Source: an uncultured Candidatus Rokubacteria bacterium (GTDB lineage Bacteria; Methylomirabilota; Methylomirabilia; Rokubacteriales; CSP1-6). Taken from it: a stretch of DNA of 64,000 nt. The DNA lies in NCBI GenBank assembly GCA_963758635.1, contig CAVWWD010000005.1:512001-576000 (forward strand), in the 5' to 3' direction. Positions within the stretch are counted from its first letter, which is position 1. Every line of letters starts with the position of its first letter. The translations under genes and the position numbers were made by a program. Positions 55,665-64,000 of this stretch are shown one piece after another. The notes under the pieces were generated by a model, which worked only from the letters and a program-made list of their open reading frames with translations, was not told the origin of the DNA and ran no database searches.

Positions 55665-57369
55665 TCACGAATTCCTGAGCGTTTCGGCGGCCTCCTGGAT
55701 GGTCTTGAGGACCCGGTCCCGGGGTACCTTGACCTCCCGGCGGGTCCCCCGCTCCCGGCACCTCGATCACTCCCTCTCTGCTATAGGCCTGACCGATCAC
55801 GACCCGGATCGGACAGCCGAGGAGGTCGGCGTCCTTGAACTTGACCCCGGCCCGCTCGTCCCGGTCGTCGAGCAGGACCTCGAAACCCGCCGCCCCGAGC
55901 TCCTCGTAGAGCGACTCCGCGACCTCGACGTTGCCCCGATCCTTGACCGCGATGGGAACGATCTCGACGTGGAAGGGCGCAATCGACCAGGGCCAGACGA
56001 TGCCGTCGGTGTCGTGGCGCTGCTCGATCGCTGCCGCCACGATCCGGGCCGGCCCGATCCCATATGAGCCCATGACCACGGGCTGCTGCTGGCCCTGCTC
56101 ATCCAGGTAGGTCGCCCCGAGGGGCACGGAGTACGTCGTCCCGAGCTTGAAGATGTTCCCGACCTCGATCACGCGCTCGACGGCGAGCGGCGCGCCGCAG
56201 CGCGGACACCCTTCCCCGGCCAGGGCGGTCTGCAGGTCCGCGAACTCGCACGCGAAGTCGCGGCCGGCCGTGACGCCGCGCAGGTGGAACCCGTCCCGAT
56301 TGGCTCCGGCCGTGTAGCGGCCCTGGCGCAGCGACTCGTCGGCGAGGATCCGGCTGACCCCGCGGACCCCACCGGGCCGATGGAGCCCGGCGCGACGCCG
56401 AGCGCGGCCGCGATCTCCTCCGCGTGGGCCGGGCGGGCCTCGGCCTTCAACGCTCGAGCGAGCTTGCGCTCGTGGAGCGCGTGGTCGCCGCGGACCAGCG
56501 CCAGCACCGGCCCTTCGGGTGCGATGAACACCAGCGACTTCATCGTGGCCGCGGCGTCGATGCTCAGTCGGGCGGCCACCTCGGCGATGGTCCGGACACC
56601 GGGCGTCGGCACCTCCTCGGTCGTGGACGGCCCGCCCTCGGGACGCCGCCGACGGGACACCCCGCGCGAGCTCGACGTTGGCGGCGTATCCGCACGCCGC
56701 GCACATCGCCACGTCGTCCTCCCCGGCGGCGGAAGGCGCCATGAACTCGTGGGAGCCCAGGCCGCCCATCATGCCGGTGTCCGACTCCACGACGTGCACG
56801 AGGACGCCGGCGCGGGAGAAGATCTTGCGGTACGCGGAGTCGTGCGCGGCGTAGGAGCGGTCGAGCGCGGGGAGATCGGGGTCGAGCGTGTAGGAGTCCT
56901 TCATCAGGAACTCCCGCGTGCGGAGCACCCCGGAGCGCGGCCGCGCCTCGTCGCGCTCCTTGGTCTGGATCTGGTACCAGATCTGCGGGAGGTCGCGGTA
57001 GGAGCGGATCTCGCGCGCGGCCAGCCAGGCGATGACCTCCTCGTGGGTCATGCCCAGGCACATGTCGCGGCCGTGGCGGTCGCGGAGCCGGAACATCTCC
57101 GGGATGCCCTCCCACCGCCCGGATTGCTGCCAGATCTCGGCGGGGTGGAGCACGGGCATCGTGATCTCCTGCCCGCCGATCGCGTTCATCTCCTCGCGGA
57201 TGATGGCGTTGACCTTGTCCAGGGTGCGCTGGCCCACGGGCAGGTACACGTAGATCCCGGCCGCGAGCTGGCGGACGAGGCCCGCGCGCACCATCAGCTT
57301 GTGGCTGATCGCCTCCGCGTCGGCGGGATCGTCCCGCAGCGTGGGGATGAGACTGCGTGACCAGCGCAT
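55665..57369 (-). CDS. proS: Prolyl-tRNA synthetase (frameshifts ~56645, ~56360, ~55758)
   Basis: SHKLMVRAG, RDEARPR.G..RTREF.MKD, EVGNIFKLGT, MGSYGIG, GVKFKDADL. Confidence 0.95.
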
Positions 57370-57380
57370 CGAGAGCGCAG

Positions 57381-57436
57381 GCGCGATCAGACTAATGCCG
57401 GGGGGTAGACCCGTGTTACCGTACTGCTAGATCATC
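57381..57436 (-). repeat. Degenerate repeat family B copy
   Basis: GCGCGATCAGACTAATGCCG...CCCGTGTTACCGTA...GATCAT resembles 42961-43035; overlaps ferredoxin stop. Confidence 0.55.
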
Positions 57437-57766
57437 GTGGGCGTCCTTGACCTTGTTGGCCCCGCGCACGCCCGGATCGTAGACGAGACGCTCCACCGGC
57501 TTCCCGCCGACGATGTGCGACTCGAGAATCTCCGGCAGGTCGGACTCCTGAACGCCGTGGTACCAGACGTTGTCCGGATACATCACGATCATGGGCCCGT
57601 GGCCGCACTGCGAGAAGCAGCCGGCCTTGTTGATGCGCACCTCCGCCTGCTTGCCCGCGGTCAGGACGCCGGCGCGCAGCACCTTCACGAACTTCTCAAC
57701 GTCGGCCTGCCCCGGGCAGGTGTCCCCCGAGGTGCACACGAAGACGTGACAGTCGTACTGGCCCAT
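57416..57766 (-). CDS. Thioredoxin-like [2Fe-2S] ferredoxin
   Basis: HVFVCT...C, AGCFSQCGHGP..VMYPD.VWY. Confidence 0.9.
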   Translation of the reverse strand: MGQYDCHVFVCTSGDTCPGQADVEKFVKVLRAGVLTAGKQAEVRINKAGCFSQCGHGPMIVMYPDNVWYHGVQESDLPEILESHIVGGKPVERLVYDPGVRGANKVKDAHDDLAVR

Positions 57767-57783
57767 GCGGTCTCCTCTCGTGG

Positions 57784-59147
57784 CTATCTGAAGAACCCGA
57801 AGACGTTGTTGCGCGCCAGGTCGTTGTACACGGCGTACACCATGAGCGCCATCAGCAGCACGAAGCCGACCTGCTGGGCGACCTCGCGCTTGCGCGTGGA
57901 CAAGGGGCGCCCGAGCACGGCCTCGCAGCGAAGAACAGCAGATGCCCGCCGTCCAGCATGGGAACGGGCAGGAGGTTGAGCAGCGCCAGGTTGACGCTGA
58001 TCACCGCGGTGAAGAAGGCGAGGGCGGCCATGCCTTGCCGCGCCTGCTCGCCCGCCGCCACCGCGATCTGGATGGGCCCGCCGATGTTCGAGCGATCGAG
58101 CTGCCCGACGACGATCTTGTACAGTCCGACCGCGGTGAGCGCGGTGACCTCGCGCCGTGTACGTCGCGCCTTCCCACAGCGCGGTCAGCGGGTCGGAGCG
58201 CGCGTACGTCGTCGCCACGTTGCGGCTGATGCCGATACGGCCGACCTCGACCTCCTTGCCGTCGGGGCCGCGGTCCTTCACGGCGACGGGCGTCACCGTC
58301 ACCGCGAGCGTCTCGCTCCCGCGGCGCACGGACAGACGCGTGGGCTGGCCCGCCCGCTTGTTGATGGCCTCGGCGAGATCCTCCCACGAGGTCACCGGGC
58401 GGCCCTCGACGCTCTCCACGAGATCGCCCCCGCGCAGCCCGGCGCTCGCCGCGGGATAGCCCGGCGACCACGTCGCCGATGGCCGGCGGCTCGTAGGGGC
58501 GAGCGCCGAGGTCCCAGACCTCCTTGTCCTCGCCGAAGAGGTCGCGCCCCTTCGTGCGGACGGGCGTGACCGTGACCTCGCGCTCGGCGTCGCGCCCGGC
58601 CACGGTCAGCCGGAGCGGGGCGCCGCCGCCGTCCTGCACCACCCGGAGCACGTCGTCCCAGTACTGGCACGGCGCGGCCATTCACCCTCACGATCCGCTC
58701 GCCCAGCACGAGCCCGGCCGCGGCGGCCGGGCCGCCCTCGGTAAGGCGCCCGACGGTGGCGGGGATGACCGGCCGCCCCACGGTCATGAAGACCACGGCG
58801 AAGATCACCGCGGCGAGCACGAAGTTCATTCCCGGCCCGGCGAACACGATGAGGAAGCGCACCCAGAGCGGCTTGGCGTGGAACGCCTTGGCCGGATCGA
58901 CGTGTCCAGTGCCGCCCGCCTCTATCGGGTTCTCGTCGTCGCCCATCATCTTCACGTAGCCGCCCATCGGGATCGCGGACAGGCAGTACTCCGTCTCCGG
59001 CCCCTTGTAGCGCCAGAGGACGGGGCCGAAGCCGATGGAGAACCGCTCCACCCCGACGCCGGACAGGCGGGCGACCACGAAGTGTCCGAGCTCGTGGATC
59101 AGGATCAGGAGACCGATGACGATGATGAAGGAGACGACGGTGGTCAC
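57784..59147 (-). CDS. rseP: RIP metalloprotease RseP (several frameshifts)
   Basis: [23 protein letters not shown] segments, [12 protein letters not shown] over several frames. Confidence 0.92.
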
Positions 59148-59151
59148 GTGG

Positions 59152-60344
59152 CTATCCTCGCCCGGGCGTCACGACGACGCGATCCGCGGCCGCCACGCGC
59201 TCGCGGACCCGGCGGCGGGTCTCGGCGTCGGCGTCCACGCAGGCCTCGATCGTGGTCGAGGGGCGCGCCGGGCGCCCGCTCCAGGGCGTCTTCGATCAGC
59301 GCGGGGATGCGCATGAACCCGATGCGGCCCTCGAGGAACGCGGCCACCGCCACCTCGTTGGCGGCGTTGAGGATGGCCGGCGCCAGGCCGCCCGGCGAGC
59401 AGCGCGCGCCGCGCGAGGGCCAGGCACGGGAAGCGGTCGACGTCGGGATCCTCGAAGGTGAGCGATCCGACCCTGGTGAAGTCCAGCCGCGTCGCCCGGA
59501 CACGGGAAGCCGCTAGGGATACGTGAACGCGTAGAGGATCGGGATGCCCATGTCGGCCACGCCGAGCTGGGCGATCACCGATCCGTCCAGGTACTCGACC
59601 ATCGAGTGGATGATCGACTGCGGGTGGACGACCACCTGCATCTGCTCGGGCGTGACGTCGAAGAGCCAGCGCGCCTCGATCACCTCGAGGCCCTTGTTCA
59701 TCAGGGTCGCGGAGTCGACGGTGATCTTCGCGCCCATCTTCCACGTCGGATGCTGGAGGGCGGCCTCGACCGTGACGCCGTCGAGCTCGGCCCGGGGCGT
59801 GCGGCGGAACGGCCCGCCCGAGGCGGTGAGCAGGATGCGATGGACCTCGTCGGCGTTGTGGCCGACCAGGCACTGGAAGATCGCGCTGTGCTCGGAGTCG
59901 ACGGGCAGGAGCGGGACCTCCGCGCGCGCGCGCCGCCGCCGTCATGAGGCTGCCCGCCATCACCAGCGTCTCCTTGTTGGCGAGCGCGATGGCCTTGCCG
60001 GCCTGGATCGCCGCCATCGTGGGCAGGAGCCCGGCGCCGCCGACGATGGCGGACAGCACCACGTCGGCGTCCACCTGGGCGGCCAGCGCCACCAGCCCCG
60101 CCTCGCCGGCGAGGATCTCGGGACGCGGCGCGGAGAGCGCCCGGGCCACGGCGTCGACGGCGGCAGGATCAGTGAGGGCGATGGCTCGCGGCCGGTGGTG
60201 GCGGCAGATCTCGGCCAGGCGCTCGGGATCCGAGCCGCGCGCGGCGAGCCCCTCGATGCGGAAGTCCTCGGGGAAACGGTCCACCAGCTCGAGGGTGCGG
60301 CGGCCGATGGACCCGGTGGCGCCGAGGAGGATGAGACGCTTCAC
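59152..60344 (-). CDS. dxr: 1-deoxy-D-xylulose-5-phosphate reductoisomerase (several frameshifts)
   Basis: [52 protein letters not shown]. Confidence 0.93.
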
Positions 60345-61171
60345 GCGGGGCCTCCACGGGTGCAGGCCACGTAATAGAAGAGCACCGGCGTGTTGAAGAG
60401 GAGCCCGTCGATGCGGTCCAGCACCCCGCCGTGCCCGGGAATGACGCGGCCCGTGTCCTTCGTGCCGAGGCTTCGCTTGAGCGCGGACTCCACGAGATCG
60501 CCCACCTGCCCGACGATGCCGAGCACGAGCCCGATCCCGATCGCCTCCAGGGTCCCGAGCGCCGGGCCGAACCACGGCTGCGCGACGAGGGCGGCGATGG
60601 GCGAGATCACGAGCTGCCCGACGGCCCCTTCGATGGTCTTCCCCGGGCTGATCGTCGGCGCGAGCTTGTGCCGTCCCAGGATGGACCCGACCGCGTACGC
60701 GGTGGTCTCCCCCACCCACGTCACCCACACGAGCAGGAGGACCCAGTCGAGCCCGGCGGGAAGGTGCCGCAGCGAGAGCGCGTGGCCGATGAGCCAGTTC
60801 ACGTAGACGACGCCGGCGACGCCGATGGCGGCCGGCTGCCACGCCGGGGGCGCGCCTCCGCGGACGGACAGGCCGGAGGCGAGGACGCCCAGGACCACGA
60901 GCGTGAGGGCGATCGGCGCCAGCCCCGGCATCGCGAAGCTCGCCGTGACGGCCACGCCCCCGACGATCGCCACCGCGGAGCCGGAGGGAACGCCGCTGCG
61001 CCGGAACATGTCGGAGAACTCCCACTGCCCGAGGCCGGCGATGGCGCACACCATGACGATGAACACCCACGCGGGGGCGTAGCCCACGGCCCAGACGAAC
61101 ACGGGCAGGAGGACGACCGTGCTGAGCGCGCGCTTGGCGAGCGCGGCGGTCCGCAACGTCACCGTCTCCAT
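60341..61171 (-). CDS. cdsA: Phosphatidate cytidylyltransferase
   Basis: ISPGKTIEG, GDLVESALKR..KD.G..IPGHGGVLDRID. Confidence 0.95.
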   Translation of the reverse strand: METVTLRTAALAKRALSTVVLLPVFVWAVGYAPAWVFIVMVCAIAGLGQWEFSDMFRRSGVPSGSAVAIVGGVAVTASFAMPGLAPIALTLVVLGVLASGLSVRGGAPPAWQPAAIGVAGVVYVNWLIGHALSLRHLPAGLDWVLLLVWVTWVGETTAYAVGSILGRHKLAPTISPGKTIEGAVGQLVISPIAALVAQPWFGPALGTLEAIGIGLVLGIVGQVGDLVESALKRSLGTKDTGRVIPGHGGVLDRIDGLLFNTPVLFYYVACTRGGPA

Positions 61172-61204
61172 CGGAGGCGAGAGCGAGACACCGACCACGC
61201 GGCG

Positions 61205-61987
61205 CTACACCTTCCCGAACCGGCGATGTCGCCGCTGGTACTCGGCGATGGCCAGGAAGAGATCACGGGCGCCGAAGTCGGGCCAGAGGGTCGGCGTCAC
61301 GAGCAGCTCAGTATAGGCGATCTGCCAGAGCAGGAAGTTCGACACCCGCATCTCGCCGCTGGTCCTGATCAGGAGGTCGGGGTCCGGGATGCCGTCGGTG
61401 TAGAGGGCGGAGGCCACACGCTTCTCGTCGATCTCCTCGGGGGCGAGGGTTCCCGCGCGCACCTCCTGGGCGAGGCGTCGGAAGGCGTCGACGAGCTCGT
61501 CGCGCGCGCCGTAGTTGAACGCCATCACGAGGATGAGCCCGGTGTTGCCGGCGGTGGCCTCGGCCACGCGCTGGATGCGGCCCTGGACCGCGCCGGGCAC
61601 GCCGTCGGCGCGACCGACGACCCGGAACTGCACGTTGTTCTCCATCAGCTCGGGCAGCTCGCGATCGATGGACCGTTCGAGGATGTTCATGAGCGTGGAC
61701 ACCTCGTCGGAGGGGCGCTGCCAGTTCTCCGACGAAAACGCGTAGAGCGTGAGGTACTCGAGGCCGATCTGGCCGGCCGCGCGGACGCTCTCGCGCACCG
61801 CGTTGACGCCGTTCGCGTGGCCGGCCACCCGGGGGAGGCCCCGGCGCGTGGCCCACCGGCCGTTTCCGTCCATGATGATCGCGACATGCCGGGGGAGGGC
61901 GCGAGCGCGGATGCGCTCTCGAAGCTCGTGGTCCGGCAAGCGGGAGAGCTCGGCCCCGGTGACGCCCCCGCCTTCGTGAAGGGCCAT
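61205..61987 (-). CDS. uppS: Undecaprenyl diphosphate synthase
   Basis: HVAIIMDGNGRWA, YAFSSENW, IRTSGEMRVSNFLLWQ. Confidence 0.97.
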   Translation of the reverse strand: MALHEGGGVTGAELSRLPDHELRERIRARALPRHVAIIMDGNGRWATRRGLPRVAGHANGVNAVRESVRAAGQIGLEYLTLYAFSSENWQRPSDEVSTLMNILERSIDRELPELMENNVQFRVVGRADGVPGAVQGRIQRVAEATAGNTGLILVMAFNYGARDELVDAFRRLAQEVRAGTLAPEEIDEKRVASALYTDGIPDPDLLIRTSGEMRVSNFLLWQIAYTELLVTPTLWPDFGARDLFLAIAEYQRRHRRFGKV

Positions 61988-62003
61988 AGGGTGCGAGTGT
62001 ACC

Positions 62004-62044
62004 CTACAGTCCGACCGCTCGGCATCAGTCTGATGCGCGGGGCT
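62004..62044 (+). repeat. Repeat family B, 3' half
   Basis: CTACAGTCCGACCGCTCGGCATCAGTCTGATGCGCGGGGCT next to frr stop. Confidence 0.85.
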
Positions 62045-62045
62045 C

Positions 62046-63960
<1,915 letters not shown>

Positions 63961-63980
63961 CGTCCGCTGTCTCCTTCAGA

Positions 63981-64000
63981 TCGTGAATGAGTGACGAGAC
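63981..64000 (+). repeat. Repeat family A copy 4, cut by window edge
   Basis: TCGTGAATGAGTGACGAGAC matches the 5' ends of the other copies. Confidence 0.65.

Overview
High-GC bacterial chromosomal segment, mostly core genome. Gene content and style suggest a Candidatus Rokubacteria/Methylomirabilota-like organism (inference). The right two thirds hold long minus-strand housekeeping runs: tsf-pyrH-frr-uppS-cdsA-dxr-rseP-ferredoxin-proS, rimP-nusA-ylxR-infB-DUF503-rbfA-nrnA-truB-ribF, rpsO-pnp-M16 peptidase, purB-S-Q-L-F-N-H-(HTH/TPR)-D-tsaC-mobA, and thiI. The left third holds an LLM oxidoreductase, a PhzF-family gene, sppA, a Nudix hydrolase, aroC, a GAF/PAS NarL-type two-component system, an Fe-S oxidoreductase, a YceI/cytochrome c cluster, tsaB-rimI, rpiB-glyA-nrdR and a MacAB-like ABC exporter. 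No transposase, integrase, cas gene, CRISPR array, rRNA or tRNA was recognised. Many frameshifts in essential genes point to indel errors in the assembly. The most notable signals are outside the annotated ORFs: a ~90-nt structured repeat sitting ~20 nt upstream of start codons, an ~80-nt repeat sitting at stop codons, chains of coupled mini-ORFs at gene junctions, two unannotated small basic peptides (MAKKKAAKKKKK and an ArfA-like 45-mer), a contracted CxCH heme motif, and frequent near-leaderless promoters. None is a proven new system; all need the stated checks.
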